A DNA stretch of 24,338 nucleotides from Candidatus Sericytochromatia bacterium (GTDB lineage Bacteria > Cyanobacteriota > Sericytochromatia > S15B-MN24 > UBA4093), in the NCBI GenBank assembly GCA_036676495.1, contig JAKFCT010000039.1, forward strand, positions 1 to 24,338. Reading direction: 5' to 3'. Within the stretch, counting starts at the first letter, position 1, and the number at the start of each line of letters is the position of its first letter. Both the position numbers and the translations under genes were made by a program. Under the pieces are notes generated by a model that ran no database searches, had not been told where the DNA came from, and saw only the letters and a list, made by a program, of their open reading frames with translations. Positions 7,719 through 17,949 of this stretch are shown in pieces.

Positions 7719-8579
7719 TCATGGCTCGCGGGCCGGAGCGGCCTTGGCACGTTGCCGGATGACCCAGGCCACCTCGGCCCCGAGTAGGAAGATGATGGCC
7801 GAGAGGTAGAGCCAGAGCAGGAAGACGATCACGCTGGTCGCAGGACCGTAGACCTCGTTGAAGCGCCCGAAGGTCGCGAGATACCAGCCGAAAAGACGCC
7901 TCACGATCTCCCAGAGCACCGCCGCGACCAGCGCTCCGATCACGATCTCCGTGAACGAGCCCCGCTGCGCCGGTAGGAAGCGGTACATGGCGATCAGGCT
8001 CAGGGTGACGATGACAATGGGAAGCAGGTTCATGAGCAGGGGCATGATGCCGGGGATCTCCCGGGGTTGCAGGCCCAGGACGGGGATTTCGAAGGTGAGG
8101 ACGGCGAAGACCACGCCGTAGAGCACGGCCACCGCCAGCATGGCCCCGCCGATCGCCACGGCGAAGAGCAGGCCCACGAGGTTGCGCCGGACGTTGAAAA
8201 GGAAGCCCCCACTAACAGTGGCCTCCCAGATAATGTCGAGGGCCAGCGCGAGCGTCGTGAAGATGTTCTTGCCGGCCCAGAGCAAGGTCACCAGCGCGAA
8301 GAGTCCGACGCCGCCGCGGGATTCGACCACCGCATGGAGCGTACTGCGCAGGAAGGCCTCCTGGGCGGGAAAGCCCCGGACGACGAAGCTCAGGACCTTT
8401 TCGGTCGCCGCTTCGGGCGCCAGGAAGTAGCCGGCGATGGCGATCAGCCCCAGCAAGAGCGGAAAGAGCGAGAAGAAGGTGAAGTACGAGATGGCCGCCG
8501 CCAGGAAGGGCACGCGATCGTCGTTGAAGGCCGAGATCAGATCCCGGAGGAACCTCCAGGTCGCTTTGACGGCTTGCAA
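7719..8579 (-). CDS. YihY/BrkB (virulence factor BrkB) family membrane protein
   Basis: AAAISYFTFFSLFPLL, MYRFLP, YGPATSVIVFLLWLYLSAIIFLLGAE. Likely start is TTG at 8579 after GGAGGAG; the longer ORF overlaps rqcP. Confidence 0.9.
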   Translation of the reverse strand: MQAVKATWRFLRDLISAFNDDRVPFLAAAISYFTFFSLFPLLLGLIAIAGYFLAPEAATEKVLSFVVRGFPAQEAFLRSTLHAVVESRGGVGLFALVTLLWAGKNIFTTLALALDIIWEATVSGGFLFNVRRNLVGLLFAVAIGGAMLAVAVLYGVVFAVLTFEIPVLGLQPREIPGIMPLLMNLLPIVIVTLSLIAMYRFLPAQRGSFTEIVIGALVAAVLWEIVRRLFGWYLATFGRFNEVYGPATSVIVFLLWLYLSAIIFLLGAEVAWVIRQRAKAAPAREP

Positions 8580-8733
8580 TCGCTCCTCCTCTCCCCCGAA
8601 GGCCCCTCGGCGGCTTGCCATCTGGCTTGGGAATCGGCAGAATAGAAGATAGAACATTTTAAGCATTGTAACCATCGGCGAGCCGACGGAAATTCGCCGG
8701 AGCCTCGACGGAAGAAAGTAGAGAAGGATTCCC

Positions 8734-8997
8734 ATGCGCCTGGACAAATGGCTGAAGCTCTCGCGCGTGATCAAGCGCCGCCCGGTCGCCAACGAAGTTT
8801 GCGATCAGGGGCGCGTGACGATCAATGGCCGGGTCGCCAAGGCGTCCACGGACGTCAAGCCGGGCGACAAGCTGGAGATTCACTTCGGCAACAAGACCCT
8901 CTCCCTCGAGGTGGTCCAGGTCCCGGAGCGCCCGGTCGCGGCCAAGGACGCCGCCGACCTCTACCGCCTGACCGGAGACGTCGCCTCGATCGATTAG
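8734..8997 (+). CDS. rqcP: S4-domain RNA-binding protein, YabO/RqcP (Hsp15-like) family
   Basis: MRLDKWLKLSRVIKRR..ANEVCDQGRVTING..AKAS.DVKPGD closely follows B. subtilis YabO/RqcP; 87 aa, without the long HslR C-terminal helix. Confidence 0.85.
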   Translation: MRLDKWLKLSRVIKRRPVANEVCDQGRVTINGRVAKASTDVKPGDKLEIHFGNKTLSLEVVQVPERPVAAKDAADLYRLTGDVASID

Positions 8998-10329
<1,332 letters not shown>

Positions 10330-10332
10330 CCT

Positions 10333-12120
10333 GTGGACGGACGTAAGAAAACCAAAATCGTCGCAACGCTCGGCCCCTCGACCAGCACGGACGAGATGGT
10401 CGCCAAGCTGATCGAGGCCGGAGTCGACGTCTTCCGCCTCAACTTCTCGCACGGCTCTCATGAGACCCACCGCGAGAACATCGAGCGCGTGCGGCGCATC
10501 TCCAAGGACATGGGACGCCCGATCGCCCTCCTGCAGGACATCCAGGGGCCCAAGATCCGCGTCGGCGAGATCAACGGCGGCCAGGCCATCCTGGTCCCCG
10601 GCCAGACCTTCATGCTCACCACCACGCCGCTCGAAGGCAACGAGCAGATGGCCTCGGTCACCTACCCCCGCCTCACCGAGGACGTCCGCGAAGGCATGAA
10701 GATCCTCCTGGACGACGGCCTCCTCGAGCTCGTCGTCGTCGAGGTCAAGCCCGAGATGCTGGTGACCCGCGTGGTCGTCGGTGGAGCCCTCAAGCCCCGC
10801 AAGGGCGTGAACTTCCCCGGCTCCATGCTCAAGATCTCCATCATCACCGATAAGGACAAGGCCGACCTCAAGTTCGGAGCCGAGATGGGCATCGACCTCG
10901 TCGCCGCCTCCTTCGTCCAGCAAGCCTCGGACGTCCTGGAGGTCAAGGACTTCCTCGCCCAGCTCGGCAAGAAGACCCCGATCATCGCCAAGATCGAACG
11001 CCGCGAAGCCGTTCAGAACCTCCGCGAGATCATCCAGGTCGCCGACGGCGCCATGGTCGCCCGTGGCGACCTCGGCGTCGAGATCCCGGTCGAGGACGTG
11101 CCCATCGTCCAGAAGCAGATCATCCGGGGCTGCAACCTGGAAGGCAAGCCCGTCATCACCGCCACCCAGATGCTGGACTCGATGATCCGCGCTCCCCGGC
11201 CCACCCGGGCCGAGGCCTCGGACGTCGCCAATGCCATCCTGGACGGCACCGACGCGATCATGCTCTCCAACGAGACGGCCGCGGGCGCCTACCCCCTCGA
11301 ATCGGTCGAGACCATGGCGCGCATCGCCATGCAGGTCGAGCGCTCGATGATGCCCAAGGTCCGGCCCGAACTGGAAGAAGGCTACATCCGTCCCGTGCAG
11401 GACTCGGTCGCTCACGCGGCCACCCGCATGGTCCAGGAGCTGGGCGCCTCGGCCATCGTCACGGCCACCTACTCGGGCAGCTCCGCCCGCATGGTCGCCA
11501 AGTACCGTCCCGGCTGCGCCATCATCGCCGCCACCCCCTTCGAGGACGTCTGCCGCCAGATGAACCTCATCTGGGGGGTCTACCCGATCCGGATCACCCA
11601 GACCGAGACCATCGACGACCTCTTCCAGCAAGCCGTGGCCGAAGCCACCTCCGCCGGCCTGGTCGAGGACGGCGATCAGGTGATCATGGTCGCCGGCATC
11701 CCCATGGGCGTGCCCGGCACCACCAACATGGTCACCGTCGAGGTGGTCTCCAGCATCATCGCCCGGGGCATGGGCCTCGGCCAACGGCCCATCTGCGGCG
11801 TCGCCCGGGTGGTCTTCGACCCCACCCTCGCCTGCGAGGCCGTGCACGCCGGAGACATCCTGGTCACCCAGAACACGGACGCGTCCTGGAACCCGGCCAT
11901 CGAGAAGGCCTCCGCCATCGTGGTCCGCAGCGGCGGCCTCACCTCGCATGCGGCCATCGTGGGGCTCGAGCTCAACAAGCCGGTGATCCTCGGCGTCGAG
12001 GAGCTCGAGAAGATCCGCGACGGAGCGACCATCACGGTCGACCCCCTGCGCGGGCTGATCTTCAGCGGCGAGGCCAAGATCGGCTGTGAGCCGGGACCCA
12101 CCCCCTGGGATCGCTCCTAG
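10333..12120 (+). CDS. pyk: Pyruvate kinase with C-terminal PEP-utilising (phosphohistidine swivel) domain
   Basis: [54 protein letters not shown]; C-terminal [14 protein letters not shown] start. Confidence 0.98.
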   Translation: MDGRKKTKIVATLGPSTSTDEMVAKLIEAGVDVFRLNFSHGSHETHRENIERVRRISKDMGRPIALLQDIQGPKIRVGEINGGQAILVPGQTFMLTTTPLEGNEQMASVTYPRLTEDVREGMKILLDDGLLELVVVEVKPEMLVTRVVVGGALKPRKGVNFPGSMLKISIITDKDKADLKFGAEMGIDLVAASFVQQASDVLEVKDFLAQLGKKTPIIAKIERREAVQNLREIIQVADGAMVARGDLGVEIPVEDVPIVQKQIIRGCNLEGKPVITATQMLDSMIRAPRPTRAEASDVANAILDGTDAIMLSNETAAGAYPLESVETMARIAMQVERSMMPKVRPELEEGYIRPVQDSVAHAATRMVQELGASAIVTATYSGSSARMVAKYRPGCAIIAATPFEDVCRQMNLIWGVYPIRITQTETIDDLFQQAVAEATSAGLVEDGDQVIMVAGIPMGVPGTTNMVTVEVVSSIIARGMGLGQRPICGVARVVFDPTLACEAVHAGDILVTQNTDASWNPAIEKASAIVVRSGGLTSHAAIVGLELNKPVILGVEELEKIRDGATITVDPLRGLIFSGEAKIGCEPGPTPWDRS

Positions 12121-12142
12121 GCAAGTTCCTCGCAATAGAACC

Positions 12143-12181
12143 GCGAAGCCCCATCCCCCACCTCGGGGGATGGGGCTTCGC
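12143..12181. terminator. GC-rich hairpin between convergent pyk and mobA, probable bidirectional terminator
   Basis: GCGAAGCCCCATCCCCC-ACCTC-GGGGGATGGGGCTTCGC, a 17-bp perfect stem with no U tract. Confidence 0.7.
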
Positions 12182-12240
12182 TCCATGGGTCAGGGCGCGG
12201 GATCGCAGGCCCAGGCGTCCGGGCGCACTCCCTCCGGGTG

Positions 12241-12858
12241 CTAAGGGGCGCTCCCGCCGCGCCGGGACGCCAGGTCGCGCAGGGCCTCATGGTAGTCCTC
12301 CGGGCGATTGAGGTTCCGGAAGGAGGCAAGCTCGGGGTCGTAGCGGCGCACCACCCCGACGGGGATCTCCCGCACGCGGATCGCCGCGAGGAAGCGCTGC
12401 ATGCTCAGGTCGTCCGCGGCGCCCGGCGCGCGGAGCATGGGCAGGATCCGGCGGGAGTAGACGGCCAGCAAGGGCTCTCGGCCCCGGGCGCTGCACGGCA
12501 CGACGGCATCCGCGTCCAAGGTCTGCTCGGCCAGGAAGCGCAGCAAGTTCGGGTTCAAGAACGGCATGTCGCAGGCGGTCAGCAGGACCTGAGGCTCCTC
12601 GACGGCTTCCAACCCGCTCGCCAGGGCTTCCAGGGGGCCTCGGCCCGGATGGCGATCGGGGATTCGGGGGGCCTCCGGCAGCGGAAAATCCGCATGCCCG
12701 ACCACCAGGACGTTCGGGAAGATCTCGGAGAGCATGGCGTGGACGCGGACGGCCATCGGGACCCCTCCGAAGGGCAGTCGAGCCTTGTCCTGGCCCATTC
12801 GGCGGCTCTTTCCACCCGTGAGCAAGAGGGCCGCGCGGGTCTGAAGGGGGTCGGGCAT
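12241..12858 (-). CDS. mobA: Molybdenum cofactor guanylyltransferase
   Basis: LTGGKSRRMGQDKA, GPL, ACDMPF, EPLLAVY, FRNLNRPED; GGAGG RBS; divergent from the molybdoenzyme operon. Confidence 0.92.
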   Translation of the reverse strand: MPDPLQTRAALLLTGGKSRRMGQDKARLPFGGVPMAVRVHAMLSEIFPNVLVVGHADFPLPEAPRIPDRHPGRGPLEALASGLEAVEEPQVLLTACDMPFLNPNLLRFLAEQTLDADAVVPCSARGREPLLAVYSRRILPMLRAPGAADDLSMQRFLAAIRVREIPVGVVRRYDPELASFRNLNRPEDYHEALRDLASRRGGSAP

Positions 12859-12993
12859 GGGGCCTCCGGAGGTCTTGGGGACGCTTCCTTCTTATCCTAG
12901 CGGGACTTCAGAGGACGAGCGGAAAAGCACTTGAATTCCATGATGAATTTATGTTAAGCCACATGAGGGAAGCTGCCACGATCGGAGGGCGCC

Positions 12994-14118
12994 ATGAGAC
13001 CCGACACGGGCCCCGGCATGAGACCTGGCATGAGACCCGGCCGGAAGGTCGCTCCGGACGATCCGGCGGACCGCGCGGCGGCGAAGGCCCGCGTGCCGGC
13101 CGCCGCCCTGGCGCTCTTGTCGGCCGTCGTGGTGGTGCTGCTCGCCTACCTCGGCTCGCGGGGGTTCCGGGACTTCGACGTGGCGCTGATCGGGTACTTC
13201 GTGGGCCTGGTCTTCGCGACGGCGGCGATCGTCTACCGCTACAGCCTCTGGATCACGCGCCCGCCAACCTGGCGGTATTTCCGCGCCGGCTGGGCCAACT
13301 TCTTCTCCTGGAAGAACTTCACGCGCTACACCTTGCTCTTGCCGGTGGCGCTTTGGCACGACCTGATCGCCCAGACCTTCATCCGCAAGCGCAGCCTCAG
13401 GCGCTGGCTGATGCACCAGGCGATCTTCTGGGGAGTGATCCTGAGCTTGCTCGTCACCATTCCGCTGACCATGGGCTGGATCCGCTTCACGTTGATCCCG
13501 CCGGATACCTACGTGGCCTGGTTCTTCGGCCTGCCGATCATGCGCTTTCCCATCGAGGCGGGGACGGGGTTCGCCATCTTCCATGCCCTGGATTGGTCGG
13601 CGCTATTGCTGATCGTGGGGCTGGTCATCGCCTTCTGGGGGCGGCTCAACGACGTGGGCAGCCTCACGACGCAGCGCTTCAGCTTCGACCTGATGCCCCT
13701 GGTGCTGCTGGCGGCGATCGCCGTGAGTGGGCTCTTGCTCACGGCCTCGGTCTGGTGGTGGGAAGGGCGCTATTACTGGTTCATCTCGCTGGCGCACCAG
13801 GTCTTCGTGGTGGGGTGGCTGCTCTCGCTGCCCTTCGGGAAGTTCTTCCACATCGTCCAGCGGCCGGCCAGCATCGGCGTCAAGCTCTACCAGACGGTCA
13901 ACCAGGATCTCGAGCAAGGAACCGGCGTCTGCCGGGGCTGTGGGACGGCCTTGCCGTCTCAGCAGTTCGTCAGCGACCTCAAGGAGACCCTCGTGGATCT
14001 GCGCCAGAACTACGACCTCGGCCATGAGCTCGGCTGGCTCCAGGACTACTGTCCGACCTGCAAGCGGAAGCTTCGCGGCAAGGCCTACTACCAGCTTCTC
14101 GGAAAGAGGTTCCTCTGA
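12994..14118 (+). CDS. Multi-TM NarI/DsrM-like membrane protein (putative cytochrome b) with C-terminal CxxC...CxxC domain
   Basis: About 7 TM segments; His residues in MHQAIFWG, IFHALDW, LAHQVFV and LPFGKFFH (compare the NarI-family PFs(K/R)l.H motif); C-terminal CRGC...CPTC. Start is ambiguous (ATG 12994, 13018 or 13030). Confidence 0.7.
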   Translation: MRPDTGPGMRPGMRPGRKVAPDDPADRAAAKARVPAAALALLSAVVVVLLAYLGSRGFRDFDVALIGYFVGLVFATAAIVYRYSLWITRPPTWRYFRAGWANFFSWKNFTRYTLLLPVALWHDLIAQTFIRKRSLRRWLMHQAIFWGVILSLLVTIPLTMGWIRFTLIPPDTYVAWFFGLPIMRFPIEAGTGFAIFHALDWSALLLIVGLVIAFWGRLNDVGSLTTQRFSFDLMPLVLLAAIAVSGLLLTASVWWWEGRYYWFISLAHQVFVVGWLLSLPFGKFFHIVQRPASIGVKLYQTVNQDLEQGTGVCRGCGTALPSQQFVSDLKETLVDLRQNYDLGHELGWLQDYCPTCKRKLRGKAYYQLLGKRFL

Positions 14119-16418
14119 TGAGCGTCAACAAGGATTTCTTCCAGCCCGATCGGCAGTTCAACTACGATTTCCAGTCGGTCGGCCGGCCCGAGGTCGGCTG
14201 GCAAGAGGCCTCGCATCTTCCCGAGGCCCTGGTGCCGACCCATTGCTCCTTTTGCGGGGTTCAATGCGGGATGTACCTGCGGGTCAGCGACGGTCGCGTC
14301 ACCGGAGTGGAGCCCCGCGACTACCCGCATAACCAGGGCAAGCTCTGTCCGAAGGGAGTGGTCGCCTACCAGCAGGTCGATCATCCGGAAAGGCTGACCA
14401 CGCCCCTGATCCGGCGGGGGGGCAAATCCGGAAAGCTGCAGCCGGCGACCTGGGAGGAGGCGTACGCGGCGATCGCCAGCCGCTGGCAGGAAATCCAGGC
14501 CCGCCACGGCAAGGATGCGGTCGCCGTCTACTCGGGATCCTCCATGACCAACGAGAAATGCTACCTCATGGGGAAGTTCGCCCGGGTGGCCCTGCAGACC
14601 CGGCACATCGACTACAACGGGCGGCTCTGCATGTCCTCGGCGGCCTACGGGTACTCCAAGGCCTTCGGGCTGGATCGCTGCCCCTTGCCGATGACCGACG
14701 TCCCCTTGGCCAAGTGCATCGTCGTGGTGGGCTCGAACGTCGCGGAGTGCTTCCCGATCCTCATGCACTGGATCTGGCAGGCCCGCGACCGCGGCGCGCG
14801 GCTGATCGTCCTCGATCCTCGCGAGACGCCCATCGCGCGCACGGCGGACCTCTGGCTCCCGGTCAAGCCCGGCACGGACGTGGCCGTGCTCAACGCCATG
14901 CTGCGCCAGGTCATCCAGGACGGCCGGGTCGACGAGGCCTATATCCAAGCGCGAACCAACGGCTGGGAAGCGACCAAGGCCATGGTCGAATCCTTCACCC
15001 CCGAGGAGGCCGAGCGACTGAGCGGCGTTCCCGCCGAGCGGATCCTGGCGGCGGCCCGCCTCTACGGGGAGGCCGATCCATCGCTCATCATGCATGCGCG
15101 CGGCATCGAGCACAGCACCCACGGGGTCAATAACGTGCTGGCATGCATCAACCTGGCCCTCGCGCGCGGGCAGGTCGGCAAGCCCGGCGGGGGCTCCATG
15201 ATGATCACCGGCCAGGGCAACGGCCAGGGCGGGCGGGAGGTCGGCCAGAAGGCCAACCAATTGCCCGGCTACCGGCATATCACCTTGCCGGAGGATCGGG
15301 AGTACGTGGCCAAGGTCTGGGGGATTCCCGTCGATTCCTTGCCCTGGGAAGGGGCGGCGGCGACCGAGATGGTCCGCTTGATGGCAGAGGGCACGATCAA
15401 GTCCTGCCTCATCGCCTGCTCCAACCTCATGGTCTCGCTTCCCGACAACGCGGTCGTCCAGCGTGCCTTGCAGCAGCTCGATCCCCTGGTGGTGGTCGAC
15501 TTCTTCATGTCGGAGACCGCCGAACTGGCGGACATCGTCCTGCCGGGCTCGGTCTGGTGCGAGGACGAGGGGACCACGACCAACCTGGAAGGCCGGGTCG
15601 TCAAGATCAACCGGGCGGCGGATCCTCCCGGCATCGCCAAGCGGGACTGGGAGATCCTCTGCGACCTGGCCCGCCACCTGGGGCGGCCCCACGGCTTCAC
15701 GTTCCGCTCGGTCCGCGAGATCTGGGACGAGCTGCGCCTGGCGTCCAAGGGAGGGGTTTCCGACTATTACGGCATCACATGGGAGAAGATCGATGCGCAG
15801 GCCGGGGTCTTCTGGCCCTGTCCCTCGGAGGATCACCCGGGCACCCCGCGGCTCTTCACGGAGCGCTTCGCGCATCCGGATGGGCGGGCGAAGTTCTTCG
15901 CCATCCCGTTCGCCCCGGCCGCCGAAGAGCCCGGCGGAGACTATCCCTTCCGGCTCACGACAGGGCGGGTCGTCTACCAGTACCTGAGCGGCACCCAGAC
16001 CCGGCGACTCGGCTTCCTCAACAGCCAGGCTCCCGAGCCCTGGGTCGAAATTCACCCCCAGGCCGCGGATCCCCTCGGCATCCAAACCGACGACTTGGTG
16101 CGGGTGCGCACCCCGCGCGGCGCGATGGAGCTCAAGGCCCTGGTCACGCCGACCATTCGGCCCGATACCCTCTTCATCCCCTTTCACTACGGCCATGCGC
16201 ACGCCGTCAACCAGCTCACCAACCCCGCCGTCGAGCCGAACGTCAAGATCCCGGAGTACAAGGCGTGCGCAGCGGCCATCGAGCGGCTCGAGGCCCCACC
16301 CCGAGCGCTGGATCGCAGCCCCAAGCAGAACCTGACGGCTCAGCAGGCGCCTGAGATGTTTCCTTACGCCTCGGGAGCGGGCGAAGCGGGCGAGGCGACG
16401 GAAGGGAAGACCTACTAG
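14118..16418 (+). CDS. Mo-bisPGD oxidoreductase, NasA/NarB/NapA-type nitrate reductase catalytic subunit
   Basis: [4Fe-4S] motif CSFCGVQC...LCPKG; Mo-ligand region NGRLCMSSA; TGQGNGQGGRE; EGTTTNLEGR; LTTGR...QTRR; IPEYKACA. No Tat signal. TGATG coupling with the upstream gene. Confidence 0.88.
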   Translation: MSVNKDFFQPDRQFNYDFQSVGRPEVGWQEASHLPEALVPTHCSFCGVQCGMYLRVSDGRVTGVEPRDYPHNQGKLCPKGVVAYQQVDHPERLTTPLIRRGGKSGKLQPATWEEAYAAIASRWQEIQARHGKDAVAVYSGSSMTNEKCYLMGKFARVALQTRHIDYNGRLCMSSAAYGYSKAFGLDRCPLPMTDVPLAKCIVVVGSNVAECFPILMHWIWQARDRGARLIVLDPRETPIARTADLWLPVKPGTDVAVLNAMLRQVIQDGRVDEAYIQARTNGWEATKAMVESFTPEEAERLSGVPAERILAAARLYGEADPSLIMHARGIEHSTHGVNNVLACINLALARGQVGKPGGGSMMITGQGNGQGGREVGQKANQLPGYRHITLPEDREYVAKVWGIPVDSLPWEGAAATEMVRLMAEGTIKSCLIACSNLMVSLPDNAVVQRALQQLDPLVVVDFFMSETAELADIVLPGSVWCEDEGTTTNLEGRVVKINRAADPPGIAKRDWEILCDLARHLGRPHGFTFRSVREIWDELRLASKGGVSDYYGITWEKIDAQAGVFWPCPSEDHPGTPRLFTERFAHPDGRAKFFAIPFAPAAEEPGGDYPFRLTTGRVVYQYLSGTQTRRLGFLNSQAPEPWVEIHPQAADPLGIQTDDLVRVRTPRGAMELKALVTPTIRPDTLFIPFHYGHAHAVNQLTNPAVEPNVKIPEYKACAAAIERLEAPPRALDRSPKQNLTAQQAPEMFPYASGAGEAGEATEGKTY

Positions 16419-16460
16419 CTCGCTTTCTCGACGTCCCGAGGCCTCGGAGAGGAGGAGCGG

Positions 16461-17081
16461 ATGGCCATCGATACGCTGTTCATGGATCCGTCGCGCTGCA
16501 TCGGCTGCCGCGCCTGCGAGGCCGCCTGCCGGGAATGCGACTCCCACAAGGGCGAGAGCATGATCATGGTCGACTTCGTCGACCGCGCCCAGAACGTGGC
16601 CACTCAGCCGACGGTCTGCATGCACTGCGAGGATCCGGTGGCTCCTTGCGCGCAGGTCTGCCCGGTCATGGCCATCCTGATCACCGGCGAGGGGGTGGTC
16701 CAGCAGGCGGAGCCCTCCCGGTGCATCGCATGCCGAAACTGCGTCTACGCCTGTCCCTTCGGGGTCCCGAAGATGGACCTGGAGGCGCGCCTGATGAAGA
16801 AGTGCAACCTCTGCTACGACCGGACCGTCCAGGACCTCAAGCCCTGGTGCGCGCAGGCCTGTCCGACCCAGGCCATCTGGTACGGCACCTACGAGGAGTT
16901 CGTCAACCAGCGCAACGGGCGCGCCGTGAACCAGACCGTCTTCGGGACTCAAGCGGTCCGAACCCGGGTCTACCACGTGCTTCCCGAGGAGGTCGACACG
17001 CTCGACCTCGTGGCGCTGCTCGAAGGCGCCGCCAGCGAGCTCGGCCGCCCCTCGGCGGAAAAGGAGGCCTGGGTCCTATGA
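16461..17081 (+). CDS. 4x[4Fe-4S] electron-transfer subunit (DmsB/NrfC/FdnH family)
   Basis: CIGCRACEAAC, CMHCEDPVAPCAQVCP, CIACRNCVYACP, KCNLC...WCAQACP; strong GGAGGAG RBS. Confidence 0.92.
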   Translation: MAIDTLFMDPSRCIGCRACEAACRECDSHKGESMIMVDFVDRAQNVATQPTVCMHCEDPVAPCAQVCPVMAILITGEGVVQQAEPSRCIACRNCVYACPFGVPKMDLEARLMKKCNLCYDRTVQDLKPWCAQACPTQAIWYGTYEEFVNQRNGRAVNQTVFGTQAVRTRVYHVLPEEVDTLDLVALLEGAASELGRPSAEKEAWVL

Positions 17082-17641
17082 ACGAGCCGACGACGCCAGG
17101 TCTGTCCCCGCAGCCGGGCCCCTTCGGCCCCCGGGAGGCGGCTCCCGGACCGGATCAGCCGCCGTTCGAAAAATGGCGTACGACCTTCCCGTTCCACTGG
17201 GACGCCGACGAATTGGTTTCCCGCCGCGAGCTGCTTTACTTCACCGTCTTCGCCTCCGCCACCATGTTCAGCACGACCTTCCTGCTCGCGATCCTCGGCT
17301 GGCTGAGGCAGCCCGTACATGGCAGCATTCAGCCGGTCGTCAGGATCGGCGACGTCCCCGAAGGCGGGGCGCATTACTTCGATTACCCGGGCCCGGACCA
17401 GTTGGCCGTGCTCTTGCACCTTCCCGGCGGTCGCTTCGTCGCCTACAGCCTGCGCTGCACCCACCTCTCCTGCGCCGTCTACTTCAACGCGGAGCGCCAA
17501 GAGCTGATTTGCCCCTGCCATCACGGGCTCTTCGAACTCGCGTCGGGAGAGCCCGTGGCGGGTCCGCCGCGCAGGAGGCTGGAGCAGATAGCCTTGCGCC
17601 AGGAGGGCGACGTGCTCTACGCCGTCGCGATCGCCCCATGA
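17078..17641 (+). CDS. Rieske [2Fe-2S] protein with N-terminal twin-arginine-like motif and TM anchor
   Basis: CTHLSC and CPCHHG Rieske boxes; SRRELL followed by a hydrophobic helix; ATGA overlap with the ferredoxin stop. Confidence 0.9.
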   Translation: MNEPTTPGLSPQPGPFGPREAAPGPDQPPFEKWRTTFPFHWDADELVSRRELLYFTVFASATMFSTTFLLAILGWLRQPVHGSIQPVVRIGDVPEGGAHYFDYPGPDQLAVLLHLPGGRFVAYSLRCTHLSCAVYFNAERQELICPCHHGLFELASGEPVAGPPRRRLEQIALRQEGDVLYAVAIAP

Positions 17642-17940
17642 GGCGCCGTCCGTCGGGCTCCCCGCATGGGCCGCCCTTGCCCGGCCAGCAGGCCCTGGTC
17701 ACGGCCGGCATGGTCATGGGCTTCGTGCTGCTGGGCGCGCAACTCTGGCTGCTCACCGTGGCGCTGGATCTCTACCTGGCGGGACGCGGCAGCAACATCT
17801 GGCTCTTGGCGCTGGTTTCGGGGCTCATCACAGCCGGCGGCCTCGCGATCCTCTACCTCTTGCATCGCCGGCCCCGCGTGCAACGCCTGACCACCGATGA
17901 ATCCGGGCGAACCGTCCGCCGCTTCGAGCACGACGTCTGA
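17638..17940 (+). CDS. Small two-TM membrane protein (QLWLL motif; DUF6755-like from recall)
   Basis: ATGA overlap with the Rieske stop; two hydrophobic helices around AQLWLLTVALDLYLAG. Confidence 0.7.
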   Translation: MRRRPSGSPHGPPLPGQQALVTAGMVMGFVLLGAQLWLLTVALDLYLAGRGSNIWLLALVSGLITAGGLAILYLLHRRPRVQRLTTDESGRTVRRFEHDV

Positions 17941-17949
17941 GCGCGAACG

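Noticed and set aside
11750-12120. Extra C-terminal domain on pyruvate kinase as a novelty
   Set aside because: The PEP-utilising swivel domain fusion is well known in Bacillota and cyanobacterial Pyk.
12923-12960. Possible FNR or NtcA site in the mobA/nitrate reductase divergent promoter
   Set aside because: TTGAATTCCATGAT is only a partial match to TTGAT-N4-ATCAA, and no GTA-N8-TAC is seen. The region is AT-rich but not assignable.
14088-16976. 962-aa minus-strand ORF
   Set aside because: Antisense to the molybdoenzyme and ferredoxin genes; shadow ORF.
14118-17641. Arsenite oxidase (AioAB), formate dehydrogenase or NarGHI
   Set aside because: The Mo subunit has a four-Cys [4Fe-4S] motif and RLCMSSA (Fdh has C/U followed by His; AioA has no protein ligand), is far shorter than NarG, and is next to narK.
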